From NCBI GenBank assembly GCA_965601465.1, contig OZ271834.1, positions 3,486,928 to 3,550,927 on the forward strand: DNA of 64,000 bases. Reading direction: 5' to 3'. The position numbers were made by a program, and so were the translations under genes. Source of the DNA: Ekhidna sp. (lineage in GTDB: Bacteria; Bacteroidota; Bacteroidia; Cytophagales; Cyclobacteriaceae). A model generated the notes under the pieces. It saw only the letters and a program-made list of their open reading frames with translations. It was not told the DNA's origin and did no database searches. Below, one piece after another: positions 28,262-38,480 of this stretch (within the stretch, counting starts at the first letter, position 1; every line of letters begins with the position of its first letter).

Positions 28262-28785
28262 TCAAAAGTTTTGTTGTTAACTTCAGTTGCACCACTACCC
28301 TGCAGCACTTTTTTAATGTCTGCCTCTGATTTTTCATTTCCATCAAGGTCAATGGCCATTACGTGTTTATCATCTGTGATTCTGATATCATAAATCCGTG
28401 GCTTACCCCATGGCTTCAGATTGGAAATCACAAAGAAAGTTCCTACCATTCCGAATGATGCCAATAAAACCGTCATCTCAAAGGTTACTGGAATAAATGA
28501 AGGTATTGGAACATAGTCTTTCCCACCAATAATCATTGGCCAATCGACCCCCATCATTCCGACCATCATGGTCAAAGCTAATGTTGTTCCTGTAATCCCG
28601 AACATGAAGGCAGCTACAGACAACCAGCTTCTTTTATACCCTAGCACATCTTCAATTCCGTGTACAGGAAACGGTGAATAAACCTCTTCAATTTTGACAC
28701 CTGACTCCCGAACTGTCTTAATGGCATCCATCAAAACATCCTCATCATCATAGACACCCAGTACGTAATTCGTTCCTTGAGACAT
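28258..28785 (-). CDS. actD: Alternative complex III subunit ActD (DUF3341)
   Basis: YVLGVYDDEDVLMDAIKTVRESG...PFPVHG N-terminus followed by two TM helices. 4-nt overlap with actE. Confidence 0.8.
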   Translation of the reverse strand: MSQGTNYVLGVYDDEDVLMDAIKTVRESGVKIEEVYSPFPVHGIEDVLGYKRSWLSVAAFMFGITGTTLALTMMVGMMGVDWPMIIGGKDYVPIPSFIPVTFEMTVLLASFGMVGTFFVISNLKPWGKPRIYDIRITDDKHVMAIDLDGNEKSEADIKKVLQGSGATEVNNKTFE

Positions 28786-28796
28786 AATCTATTTTT

Positions 28797-30173
28797 TTAT
28801 TTAGCCGACTGTGTCGGTTTTTCTCCAGTTGCTTTAATAATACTTTTTACTTCTGCCATGTTGATCACAGGGAAGAACTTCGCGAAAAGGAAGAACGCTG
28901 TGAAGAACAATCCGAAGGTGAAAACATATACTCCAATATCGTACATCGTTGGATAGAACATTGCCCAACTTGAAGGCAAGAAATCTCTATGTAATGAAGT
29001 AACAATAATCACAAATCGCTCAAACCACATTCCAATGTTTACAATAATGGAAATGACGAAAGTCGCAGCCAGGTTTGTTCTGATCTTCTTGAACCAGAAA
29101 AGCTGAGGTGAAATCACATTACAAGTCATCATTGACCAGTATGCCCACCAGTAAGGCCCTGTTGCTCTATTGATAAAGGCATATTGCTCAGCTTCTACTC
29201 CTGAATACCACGCGATGAAAAATTCAGTGATGTAGGCAATACCTACTATTGATCCAGTAACGATGATGATGATGTTCATCAACTCTACGTGTTGGATCGT
29301 GATATAATCTTCAAGTTTATAAACTTTCCGAGTGACAAGGAGTAGTGTCAATACCATCGCGAATCCTGAGAAAATCGCTCCAGCCACAAAATATGGAGGG
29401 AAGATTGTCGTGTGCCATCCAGGAATAACTGAAGTGGCAAAGTCAAAGGATACAATGGTGTGTACAGAAAGTACAAGTGGTGTTGCAAGTCCGGCTAACA
29501 CCAAAGAAACAGTTTCGTAATGCGACCAGGTCTTAGCTCCACCTGTCCATCCGAAGCTTAATGCTCCGTAAACTGCTCTAGAAATTTTATTCGTAGCTCT
29601 GTCTCTGATGGTAGCAAAGTCAGGTATTAGCCCGATGTACCAGAATACAAGAGAAACCGAGAAATACGTTGAGATTGCAAATACATCCCATAGTAGTGGC
29701 GAATTGAAGTTCACCCAAAGAGATCCGAATGTATTTGGAAGCGGTAATGCCCAGTAGAAACCTAACCAAGGACGTCCCATGTGTAGTACAGGGAACATCG
29801 CCGCACAAATTACAGCGAAAATGGTCATTGCTTCAGAAGCTCTGTTGATTGACATTCTCCATCGTTGACGGAAAAGAAGTAGTACCGCCGAAATCAACGT
29901 TCCAGCGTGACCGATACCAACCCACCATACGAAGTTGGTGATATCCCATGCCCATCCGACAGTTTTATTAAGACCCCACATTCCGATTCCATCCCAAAGA
30001 GTGATTGCTACTGCATACCCTCCGGCAAGGAGAAGTGCTAAAGAGACTGCCATAGCAAGCATCCACGTTACCGTAGGTTTTTGCTCTACTCTTCCAGCAA
30101 TATCCTCAGAAACATCGTGGACTGTCTTTCCACCCGTTACTAAGGGTATCCGTACTTCTGATTCTGCGTGCAT
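28797..30173 (-). CDS. actC: Alternative complex III quinol-interacting membrane subunit ActC (NrfD/PsrC family)
   Basis: 458-aa polytopic protein of the NrfD family, placed immediately after actB. Confidence 0.85.
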   Translation of the reverse strand: MHAESEVRIPLVTGGKTVHDVSEDIAGRVEQKPTVTWMLAMAVSLALLLAGGYAVAITLWDGIGMWGLNKTVGWAWDITNFVWWVGIGHAGTLISAVLLLFRQRWRMSINRASEAMTIFAVICAAMFPVLHMGRPWLGFYWALPLPNTFGSLWVNFNSPLLWDVFAISTYFSVSLVFWYIGLIPDFATIRDRATNKISRAVYGALSFGWTGGAKTWSHYETVSLVLAGLATPLVLSVHTIVSFDFATSVIPGWHTTIFPPYFVAGAIFSGFAMVLTLLLVTRKVYKLEDYITIQHVELMNIIIIVTGSIVGIAYITEFFIAWYSGVEAEQYAFINRATGPYWWAYWSMMTCNVISPQLFWFKKIRTNLAATFVISIIVNIGMWFERFVIIVTSLHRDFLPSSWAMFYPTMYDIGVYVFTFGLFFTAFFLFAKFFPVINMAEVKSIIKATGEKPTQSAK

Positions 30174-33100
30174 TATGCTTCTTGTTTATCGTTTTTGTCT
30201 TTATTTCTGATTTTTGTGAGATACCAAACGTTTGGCATTACTCTTAGCTCTTCAAGTACGTGATACGCCCTGTCCTCAGTCGCCTCTACACTCTTCTCGT
30301 TATACTTAAGCTTCAATGTTTTTGAAATTCTGCTTTCTGGATCTTTCATATCTCCGAATACTAATGCATCCGTAGGACATGATTTTGCACAAGCAGTTTG
30401 AATTTCACCGTCAACTGGTCTTCTACCCTCTTTCTTCGCATCTAGCTTACCTGACTGGATTCGCTGAACACAGAAAGTACATTTTTCCATCACCCCTCTT
30501 GCTCGAACGGTCACATCAGGATTCAATACCATCTTGCCAAGGTCGTTGTTCATTGGTAAGTTGTCAGCAAACTTCGAATTGTCGTGGTACTTGAACCAGT
30601 TGAATCTTCTTACTTTATATGGACAGTTGTTAGCACAATATCTTGTACCGATACATCTGTTGTAAGTCATTTGGTTGAGACCTTCACTACTGTGAGTCGT
30701 TGCAGCAACAGGACAAACAGTCTCACAAGGAGCATTATTACACTGCTGACACATCATCGGTTGGAAAGTCACCTCCGGATTTTCAATGGCCGCTAGCTCT
30801 TTCTGCTTCACCTCCATCATATTCTTATCTTCTGCAGATAATTCATCCTCAGGTCGAGAGCTGTAGTATCGATCGATACGAATCCAGTGCATCTCTCTTC
30901 GGTTCAGCACCTCTTCTTTACCAACAACCGGAATGTTGTTCTCAGTCTGACAAGCAACCGTACATGTTCCACATCCTGTACATGAGTTAAGATCCACGAT
31001 CATTCCCCAGTGGTGATTTGGATATTCGTGACCTTTCCAAAGTGAAACTGCATGAGGTCTTACCTTCGTGCCATCGGCTTTAGAGATCATCGGGAAGCTT
31101 CTACCCGCCTGAGGATCTTGTTGATACTCTCCTAGCGTAGCTTCCTGGATCACTGTTTCTCTACCAGCGTAAGTTTGAGCTGTTTGCGTCTGAGCTACTT
31201 TTTTCTCTTCTCCAGTTAGCTCAAGAGTTGCCGAACCATTGAATCTTAGTCCGTCTGCAGAGCTACTTACTAATTGGTAAGCGTTAACTCCTACTCCATT
31301 ACCAACTTTACCTGACTTGGTTCTTCCGTATCCGACAGCTAAACCAATCGTTCCAAACGCTTGTCCCGGCTGTGGGATTATAGGAGCTGTGACAGACTTT
31401 CCATTGACAGTCAATGTAGCAACCTTATAATCCATGTCACCACCTTTCACATCCCATCCGTTTTCACGTGCCTGCTTTGGTGAAACAGTTAGGTAATTGT
31501 CCCAGCATGCCTTCGTAATTGGGTCTGGCATTTCTTGCAACCACGGGTTGTTTGACTGAACACCATCTCCAACAGAGTAGTTTGCATAAAGCGCTAATTC
31601 AAGTCCATCGGACTTAGCTGAATATCCTTTGAGGTTCCCTCCAACTACAACAGCGTCAACAGATACAGATCCTGCATCGGTATTAGATTCGGTATTGTAG
31701 AAGCCATCGTGTAGGCACTTATCGAAGAATCCATTAAAATCTCCAGAAGCTAGTGGCTGCCAACCTTCTCTGATGAAATCATAGTAAGAAGAAGTATTGT
31801 CTGCCCAGACCAAGAAAGACTCCTGTGCTTGTCTGGTATTGAAAATATTTTGAATAGTAGGTTGTGAAAGGGTAATGTGACCAGTCACAGGTTCGAAATC
31901 ATTCCAGGATTCTAGATAGTGGTGATCCGGGGTGATATACTTCACTGAACTGTTCGTTTCATCCATTCTATCCGATGTAGAAATGGTTGTTTTCACCTTT
32001 CCTAATGAGCTTACTAACTGGGCACCCATCGGGTGATCATAAGCAGGGTTACTGTTATAGAAAATTACAGTTCCTACCGATCCGGCTTTTACTTCGTTAA
32101 CAAGTGTAGCAAACGCAGCATCATCTCCTTTTCTTGTATTTATACTTTTTGATAAATCGATGGTAGAACCATAACTCTGAAGCAAATCATTGATTGCAAT
32201 AACAAGTAATTGTACGTTTTTGTCATTAGATCCACTAACTACTAAAGACTTACCTCTGGATCTCCAAAGATCATTTGCCGCTTTTTCAAGTATTACACTA
32301 TCTTCCAATCTTCCTACACCAGTTGTTGATGCTCCGGCTTTCTGGGCGATCAGGTTATATAAGTTGGCAACATATAATCCCTCCTGAGAAGGTTTGATAG
32401 GCTGTCTATAATCTGCGTTTGATCCTGTCAATGAAAGGTTAGACTCGAAAGAATAAAGTCTTGACATTTCTTTCTTGTCTGGTCCGAGTTTTCTTGTGGC
32501 AGCGAACTGTTTGTTATTCAATGACTGATTTGGCCAGTTGCCAAGAAAGTCTGCAGTGATCGAAACGATGGTGCTTGCTTTTGAGAAGTCATGCATCGGC
32601 AGGCTTCTTGCACCAGTAGCTTCTCCATATGCATCCAATAATCCGCTCATTGAGATAGGATCATATTGAATATGATCGACTTGACCATACTTATCACTTA
32701 ATGCCTGTACAGCACGCATCGTGCTAGGGCTACAATTGGAATAAGAAACTATTGCAATCTTGCCACCATTTGCAGCAAGCTCTGTTTTAATTCTGTTGTC
32801 GATGGTTTCCCAGTCAGAATCTTCACCACCGATTTTAGGGTTTTGAAGACGCTCACCATCGTAAAGAGAAAGTACGGAAGATTCAACTTGTGTAGTTGTA
32901 CCTCCTTGACTGATCATCGAAAGATCGTTGCCTTCGATTTTGATTGGTCGACCTTCGCGTGTTTTAACAACCACTGAAGCTACATCATTACCCATCGCAT
33001 AAGTCGATGCATAATAGTTAGCTACTCCAGGGTCAACGTCGACTGGTTTGTTTACGTAGGGGATTGCTTTTCTTACTGGAGCCTCACATGCAGCCAATGA

Positions 33101-33274
33101 AACAGCCGCTACTCCAAATCCCATCATTTTTAAGAAGTCTCTTCTTGATGGCTCACCATTGTCACCACCATTGATAGGTAAATATTCTGGGAATTCTTTT
33201 GAAGCTCTCGCCTGGAAATCTGCAGTGTTTTCCAGTTGTTCTAATCCCTTCCAGTATTTCTTAGTTTCTTTCAT
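30173..33274 (-). CDS. actB: Alternative complex III subunit ActB (molybdopterin-like domain plus 4Fe-4S ferredoxin domain, Tat signal)
   Basis: Tat motif [10 protein letters not shown]. Cys clusters: [56 protein letters not shown] and ACAKSCP. Confidence 0.9.
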   Translation of the reverse strand: MKETKKYWKGLEQLENTADFQARASKEFPEYLPINGGDNGEPSRRDFLKMMGFGVAAVSLAACEAPVRKAIPYVNKPVDVDPGVANYYASTYAMGNDVASVVVKTREGRPIKIEGNDLSMISQGGTTTQVESSVLSLYDGERLQNPKIGGEDSDWETIDNRIKTELAANGGKIAIVSYSNCSPSTMRAVQALSDKYGQVDHIQYDPISMSGLLDAYGEATGARSLPMHDFSKASTIVSITADFLGNWPNQSLNNKQFAATRKLGPDKKEMSRLYSFESNLSLTGSNADYRQPIKPSQEGLYVANLYNLIAQKAGASTTGVGRLEDSVILEKAANDLWRSRGKSLVVSGSNDKNVQLLVIAINDLLQSYGSTIDLSKSINTRKGDDAAFATLVNEVKAGSVGTVIFYNSNPAYDHPMGAQLVSSLGKVKTTISTSDRMDETNSSVKYITPDHHYLESWNDFEPVTGHITLSQPTIQNIFNTRQAQESFLVWADNTSSYYDFIREGWQPLASGDFNGFFDKCLHDGFYNTESNTDAGSVSVDAVVVGGNLKGYSAKSDGLELALYANYSVGDGVQSNNPWLQEMPDPITKACWDNYLTVSPKQARENGWDVKGGDMDYKVATLTVNGKSVTAPIIPQPGQAFGTIGLAVGYGRTKSGKVGNGVGVNAYQLVSSSADGLRFNGSATLELTGEEKKVAQTQTAQTYAGRETVIQEATLGEYQQDPQAGRSFPMISKADGTKVRPHAVSLWKGHEYPNHHWGMIVDLNSCTGCGTCTVACQTENNIPVVGKEEVLNRREMHWIRIDRYYSSRPEDELSAEDKNMMEVKQKELAAIENPEVTFQPMMCQQCNNAPCETVCPVAATTHSSEGLNQMTYNRCIGTRYCANNCPYKVRRFNWFKYHDNSKFADNLPMNNDLGKMVLNPDVTVRARGVMEKCTFCVQRIQSGKLDAKKEGRRPVDGEIQTACAKSCPTDALVFGDMKDPESRISKTLKLKYNEKSVEATEDRAYHVLEELRVMPNVWYLTKIRNKDKNDKQEA

Positions 33275-33302
33275 TACTATTTTAGATCAGCTGTTACGAA
33301 TA

Positions 33303-34559
33303 TTAATAGTGACACTTAGAACATTCCAATCCACCAATATCTTCTACTTTCATCGGCTCCTTGCTCTGCTCCGAATGAAGCTTCACAAGTTTGTCGTAAT
33401 ATTCGTTTCCTTTCGAATTTACATTCGTTTCTCTGTGACAATTGATACACCATCCCATCGTTAATGACGAGTATTGATATACAACTTCCATCTCTTTAAT
33501 AGGACCGTGACATGTTTCACACTCTAAACCAGCTACATTCACGTGCTGAGAGTGATTGAAGTAGGCCAAGTCCGGAAGGTTGTGAATTCTCACCCATTCA
33601 ATAGGTTTGGTATTCGTTCCATAAGTTTTTGTATCAGGATCGTAATCGATCGCTGCGTAGATTTTTGCGATTTCCTCTGACTCTGTCTTCACCTGTGTAT
33701 GACAATTCATACAGATGTTTGGTGAAGGGATATTTGCAGATTTTGATATGTTCACTCCCGTGTGACAATATTGACAATCGATCTCATATTGTCCAGCATG
33801 AATCTCGTGAGAAAATGCAATTGGCTGTGTTGGCTGGTAACCTTGCTGAACCCCAATGGTAAACGCACCGTCAATAAGCGTTTTTAATACAATGATGGTG
33901 AATACAAATATCACAAGTCCAACAAAATTATTGCTCTTTAAGAAGGCGACAACATTAAATTCTTGGGATACGACCTCTTGTTCTGCCTCGTCAAGTCCTT
34001 TGACGTCTTTTAAATGCTTAACCAGAGTTTGTGCGGCTATAATAAGAGCGACTACTGCTAAAGCAAGAACTACAACCAAGATAATGATCACGGCCATTAA
34101 GTAAGAAGAAGAGATAGCATCACCACCTGCTCCCCCACCATCAGCAACAACCACTTCCTCTACCGGAGGTCCTTTTGCTGTTTCTGACTGTATGTAAGCT
34201 AACAGGCTTAAAACATCGTCGTCCGAGAACGAAGGGTAAGCCGTCATTACGGTCTGGTTATATTCTTCCCATAGTTCCAGAGCGATTGGATCACCTGCTG
34301 CAATCATCGCCTGTGAATTCTTAATCCATGGGATTAGCCATTCTACTGATCTTCTTTCAGTCACGCCATTCAAAGCAGGTCCAATTCGAACCTCCCATAT
34401 TTTGTGGCATGTAGCACAGTTTGCTTTAAAAGAAGATTCACCAGCGGCAATTACGCTTTCGTCGGTGGGTATTTCCTGAGCATTTAAGCTAGTTGAGATA
34501 AAAATTCCCAGAGCAAGGCCTAGGAAGATTTTGGTTAGTTTCGGTGTTGTTTTAAACAT
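33303..34559 (-). CDS. actA: Alternative complex III multihaem cytochrome c ActA with an extra N-terminal monohaem domain (six CxxCH in total)
   Basis: Haem motifs: CATCH, CQYCH, CMNCH, CETCH, CINCH, CSKCH. The tracked start (TTG 34583) sits only 8 nt from the predicted -7 box, so ATG 34559 (MFKTTPKL...) is preferred. Confidence 0.85.
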   Translation of the reverse strand: MFKTTPKLTKIFLGLALGIFISTSLNAQEIPTDESVIAAGESSFKANCATCHKIWEVRIGPALNGVTERRSVEWLIPWIKNSQAMIAAGDPIALELWEEYNQTVMTAYPSFSDDDVLSLLAYIQSETAKGPPVEEVVVADGGGAGGDAISSSYLMAVIIILVVVLALAVVALIIAAQTLVKHLKDVKGLDEAEQEVVSQEFNVVAFLKSNNFVGLVIFVFTIIVLKTLIDGAFTIGVQQGYQPTQPIAFSHEIHAGQYEIDCQYCHTGVNISKSANIPSPNICMNCHTQVKTESEEIAKIYAAIDYDPDTKTYGTNTKPIEWVRIHNLPDLAYFNHSQHVNVAGLECETCHGPIKEMEVVYQYSSLTMGWCINCHRETNVNSKGNEYYDKLVKLHSEQSKEPMKVEDIGGLECSKCHY

Positions 34560-34590
34560 GTATTCCGATGGGCTTGAGATCAAACGCGTA

Positions 34591-34621
34591 CAAAAGTAAT
34601 ATCGGGTTGTTGTATTTCAAA
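34591..34621 (-). promoter_or_regulatory. Candidate Bacteroidetes-type promoter of the act-cox operon (TTTG-N19-TACTTTTG)
   Basis: The minus strand reads CCACCTTTG-aaatacaacaacccgatat-TACTTTTG. This matches the -33 TTTG and -7 TAnnTTTG consensus with a 19-nt spacer, about 30 nt upstream of ATG 34559. Confidence 0.55.
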
Positions 34622-34753
34622 GGTGGGCTATAAACGCGGTTCATACTCGACCAGCAGTGTTTCATAACAATATGATATTCAGCATTTTAAGAATGATAAA
34701 AATCATAAAAAAGACATTATTTAGAATAATTCTAAATAAATAAAATGCATTGC

Positions 34754-36034
34754 TTATTTGATGTTTTCGACAGGGTCGTATTCTTGGGTTTCATTCTCCT
34801 TTAAATAATCATACAAGAACTGGTGAATGGTAGGTCTGAGGTTGAGTTCATAGATTGCTCTAAATGCACGAGATGGATACACACGATTTGTGAGGAAAAT
34901 AAATACAAGATCATTTTTAGGGTCTGCCCAAGCTAGTGTTCCTGTGTAGCCAGAATGACCAAAGCTTTTGAAACTAGCATCTTTCGCGACACTGCTTGCG
35001 ATTGAATCGTATACCAGAAGTGGTTTGTCAAAACCAAGACCTCTTCGATTTTCATTATTTGGATATTGCGATGTTGTAAATAGACCGACAGTTTGAGGTG
35101 ATATCAATTCAACACTATCGACCGAACCTTCATTCAACAGCATTTGAAATACGTTTGCCAAATCTTGCGCATTACTGAACAAACCGGCATTTCCAGATAC
35201 CCCTTTCATCATAATTGCACCTTCATCGTGGACGTAACCATGAATGGGTTCCATTCTAAAGAACGTGTCGATTTCCGTGGGCACTATCTGATTCACTGAA
35301 AAGCTATCCAAAGGATTGAATGTCAGGGTCCTGGATTTTAGAGGTTGGTAAAAATGGTAGTCGAGGTAATCGTCATAAAGTGTATCGGTTAAGTTTTTAA
35401 CCATTTCCGGTATCAGGTAAAAAAACAATCCGGAATATTTATACTTCTTCTCATCTGATACCTCACTCTTACGAATCATCTTTTTGATTTTATTGTAGAA
35501 GTCAGCATGTAAGTAGAGGCTATCACTCAAGGCGTAATCGAAATCTCCACCATTTTCAGTCGAAATTGTATTATTCTTAAATTTCCCATTCTTACGAGTC
35601 ACTTCTTTATAGTAGGGTATCCATGGATAAAGGCCTCCTTGATGAGCTAAAGCTTCGCGAAATGTTACCTTACCTACTTTACCAATTTTATCAATGTATT
35701 TTCCAATTGGATCATCCAGGTTATAATGACCATCATCATAAAGCTTCATCATTGCCAGGGTCCCACCCACGACTTTTGTCACCGAAGCGAGATCATAGAT
35801 ATCGTTGACCGCCACTCTTCTGGCTGAGTCATACGTATGGTATCCATATGATTTGATGAAAAACACACTATCACCCTTACTGGCTAGAATCACGCAACCA
35901 GGAAAAGCTTCCGCTTTGATTGCGTCATAGATGACACTATCTATATTATTCTTCATGTTTTCTAAAGCTTGTGCGTTGACGAAAACGATTGCAAAAAAGA
36001 AAAGTAAGAATAACGTATGTCGTAGTTTGAGCAT
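34754..36034 (-). CDS. Serine hydrolase of the beta-lactamase/transpeptidase-like family
   Basis: Signal peptide and an SxxK active-site motif (ASVTKVVGG). Class C beta-lactamase/esterase-like over its full length. Confidence 0.8.
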   Translation of the reverse strand: MLKLRHTLFLLFFFAIVFVNAQALENMKNNIDSVIYDAIKAEAFPGCVILASKGDSVFFIKSYGYHTYDSARRVAVNDIYDLASVTKVVGGTLAMMKLYDDGHYNLDDPIGKYIDKIGKVGKVTFREALAHQGGLYPWIPYYKEVTRKNGKFKNNTISTENGGDFDYALSDSLYLHADFYNKIKKMIRKSEVSDEKKYKYSGLFFYLIPEMVKNLTDTLYDDYLDYHFYQPLKSRTLTFNPLDSFSVNQIVPTEIDTFFRMEPIHGYVHDEGAIMMKGVSGNAGLFSNAQDLANVFQMLLNEGSVDSVELISPQTVGLFTTSQYPNNENRRGLGFDKPLLVYDSIASSVAKDASFKSFGHSGYTGTLAWADPKNDLVFIFLTNRVYPSRAFRAIYELNLRPTIHQFLYDYLKENETQEYDPVENIK

Positions 36035-36038
36035 GTTC

Positions 36039-36046
36039 TATTTTTG
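36039..36046 (+). promoter_or_regulatory. Candidate -7 box (TATTTTTG) for serB-serA
   Basis: TAnnTTTG match ending 20 nt upstream of ATG 36066. Confidence 0.35.
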
Positions 36047-36065
36047 AAGCTTACTTAATTTATTA

Positions 36066-37958
36066 ATGGAGCAAACCAAATATTTTATCATCGATTTCGA
36101 CAGCACTTTTACACAAGTAGAGGCACTTGATGTACTAGCTGAAATCTCTCTCAAGGATAACGAAAATCAAGCGAAAGCCATTGAAGAAATTAAGTCTATT
36201 ACTGATCAGGGAATGGAGGGTGGTATGTCATTCCGGGAGTCGCTTAAGAGACGGATTGATATACTCGAGGCTAATAAAAAGCATCTGCCAGAACTTGTCG
36301 ACCGACTGAGTTTACTTGTCTCTAAATCTTTTAAAAGAAACACGGAATTCATCAATAAATATACGGACCAGATTTTCATTGTCTCCAATGGATTTAAAGA
36401 TTTCATTGTTCCGATTGTAGAGAAGTTTGGGATCAAGGAACAAAATGTTTTTGCCAATGAATTCAGCTACGATGAAAATGAAAACATCATCGGCTTTGAC
36501 GAAAACAACTTGCTTTCAGAAAATAATGGCAAGCCCAACCAGATTAAAAATCTGAATTTGGACGGAGAGGTATTTGTGCTGGGAGATGGCTTTACAGATT
36601 TTGAAATCAAGAAAGCAGGACTTGCGCACAAATTTTATGCGTTCACCGAGAACGTTCGTAGAGAAAAGATTCTGGTTGAAGCAGATCATGAAGCGCCCAC
36701 TTTGGAAGAGTTTCTTTTTACTCAGAAACTTGAACGGGCACACTCCTATCCAAAAAACAGAATCAAGGCCCTACTGCTTGAGAATATTCATCAGGATGCT
36801 GTAAACAAACTAAAAGAGGAAGGCTACCAGGTTGAGGTGTATCCCGCGGGCATGACGGAAGATGAGTTGGCAGAGGCAATCAAAGATGTGAGCGTTTTAG
36901 GAATACGTTCTAAAACAATGGTCACTGACAAGGTTTTGGCAAATGCCAAACGTTTACTCGCCATAGGTGCTTTCTGTATTGGGACCAATCAAATAAATCT
37001 CAAATCTGCACTTGAAAAAGGTATAGCCGTATTTAATGCCCCGTTTTCTAATACGCGATCTGTTGTTGAGTTAGCTCTTGCTGAAATCATCATGTTGATG
37101 AGAAACCTTCCTGATAAAATAATTCAGATGCATCAAGGGAAGTGGAGCAAATCTGCAAGTGGTAGTTTTGAAATCCGAGGAAAAACCCTTGGAATCATTG
37201 GATATGGTAAAATTGGATCACAACTTTCAGTTCTAGCTGAATCCGTTGGATTGAATGTTCAATATTTTGACATTGAGGAAAAGCTAGCATTGGGTAATGC
37301 GACACGATGCACTAGTTTGGACCAACTTTTAACAACATCTGACATCATCAGCATACATGTTGACGGTAGAGAAGAGAATGATTCATTTGTCTCCGCTAAG
37401 CAGTTTGACCTTATGAAAAATGGTGTCGTATTTATCAACTTAAGTCGAGGACATGTTGTTGATATTGAAGCCTTGGTTGCAAATGTGGAGAATGGTAAAA
37501 TTCATGGGGTAAGCGTAGATGTATTTCCAGAAGAACCATTGAGCAATGATCATCCGTTCAAATCACCACTAATGGGTCTAAAAAACACGATTTTAACACC
37601 TCATGTGGGTGGCAGCACGCTTGAAGCACAAGAAAATATTGCTGATTTTGTACCATCAAAAATCATTGAATATATCAATACAGGATCGACCACTAATAGC
37701 GTAAATTTTCCAAATATTACATTGCCAAGTCTTAGCCAGGCGCATCGTTTTATTCACATACATAAAAACGAGCCGGGTGTCTTAGCTGACATAAATAATG
37801 TACTTGCTGACCATGGTATTAATATTGGAGGACAATACTTAAAAACCAATGATGGTATAGGATACGTTATTACGGATATAGATAAGAACTATCAAGAGGA
37901 GGTAATAAAAGATTTAAAAAGAGTCAGAGGTACCATAAGATTCAGAGTTTTATATTAA
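36066..37958 (+). CDS. serA: Fusion protein: HAD-IB phosphoserine phosphatase-like domain plus D-3-phosphoglycerate dehydrogenase with a C-terminal ACT domain
   Basis: N-terminal ~220 aa carry HAD motifs (IIDFDSTF; VSNG; GKPNQ; GDGFTDFE). The remaining ~410 aa resemble E. coli-type SerA (Rossmann motif GIIGYGKIGSQ, catalytic region LSRGHVVD...TPHVGGST, ACT-like tail RFIHIHKNEPGVLADINNVL). Confidence 0.85.
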   Translation: MEQTKYFIIDFDSTFTQVEALDVLAEISLKDNENQAKAIEEIKSITDQGMEGGMSFRESLKRRIDILEANKKHLPELVDRLSLLVSKSFKRNTEFINKYTDQIFIVSNGFKDFIVPIVEKFGIKEQNVFANEFSYDENENIIGFDENNLLSENNGKPNQIKNLNLDGEVFVLGDGFTDFEIKKAGLAHKFYAFTENVRREKILVEADHEAPTLEEFLFTQKLERAHSYPKNRIKALLLENIHQDAVNKLKEEGYQVEVYPAGMTEDELAEAIKDVSVLGIRSKTMVTDKVLANAKRLLAIGAFCIGTNQINLKSALEKGIAVFNAPFSNTRSVVELALAEIIMLMRNLPDKIIQMHQGKWSKSASGSFEIRGKTLGIIGYGKIGSQLSVLAESVGLNVQYFDIEEKLALGNATRCTSLDQLLTTSDIISIHVDGREENDSFVSAKQFDLMKNGVVFINLSRGHVVDIEALVANVENGKIHGVSVDVFPEEPLSNDHPFKSPLMGLKNTILTPHVGGSTLEAQENIADFVPSKIIEYINTGSTTNSVNFPNITLPSLSQAHRFIHIHKNEPGVLADINNVLADHGINIGGQYLKTNDGIGYVITDIDKNYQEEVIKDLKRVRGTIRFRVLY

Positions 37959-38035
37959 GTTTATAGCAGAAATTAACAATAGCCGCCCAAACCAAAAGAG
38001 CTTACTAAATCGTTTTATAAGCTAAATTGAGAAAA

Positions 38036-38422
38036 ATGAGTTATCCGCTTAACTGGAAATCGCTTAGTACCATCGAAGAGTTCAATCGGCTGGTTGAACG
38101 CTCCAAAGAGAAACCTGCGCTTGTTTTTAAACACCGCCCCTCTTCTCCAGAGAGTATGCTAGCTATGGAAACATTAGAAAGAGATTGGACGATTTCTCCG
38201 GAAAATCTTGATTTATACATGATTGATGTTATGAAAGACAAGGAAGTAACTGAAGCAGTTACCGATATGGCTGGAGTAATGAACGAATACCCTCAAGTGC
38301 TTTTGTTTGCCGATGGTGTTACTATGTATGACGAGTCAAGAGAAATGATTAGTGTCAAAAAAATTAAACTGGCATTAAAAATTATAAATAGAACTTTCAA
38401 ATGGATGGAAACACGAGTTTAA
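38036..38422 (+). CDS. YtxJ-like (DUF2847) thioredoxin-fold protein lacking the active-site cysteine
   Basis: ATG 38036 is preferred over TTG 38027. VFKHRPSSPES aligns with the family motif FKHS-T-C-P-I-S, so the Cys position is Ser (TCT 38144-38146). The cis-Pro region NEYPQVLLF is retained. Confidence 0.6.
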   Translation: MSYPLNWKSLSTIEEFNRLVERSKEKPALVFKHRPSSPESMLAMETLERDWTISPENLDLYMIDVMKDKEVTEAVTDMAGVMNEYPQVLLFADGVTMYDESREMISVKKIKLALKIINRTFKWMETRV

Positions 38423-38455
38423 AGGAACTTTAACCGCCTTTTTAAAATTATAAAC

Positions 38456-38480
38456 GCTCTTAATCATAAGGGCTTTTTTT
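38456..38480 (+). terminator. Hairpin plus T7 tract abutting the serC start codon
   Basis: gctctta-atca-taagggc (one mismatch) followed by ttttttt and then ATG 38481. Confidence 0.45.

Noticed and set aside
31461-31476. parS sites for ParB (TGTTNCACGTGAAACA-like)
   Set aside because: The CACGTG-centred sequences I found (31461-31476 and 63361-63376) lack matching arms and lie inside coding regions. No convincing parS was seen by eye, so a proper pattern search is still needed.
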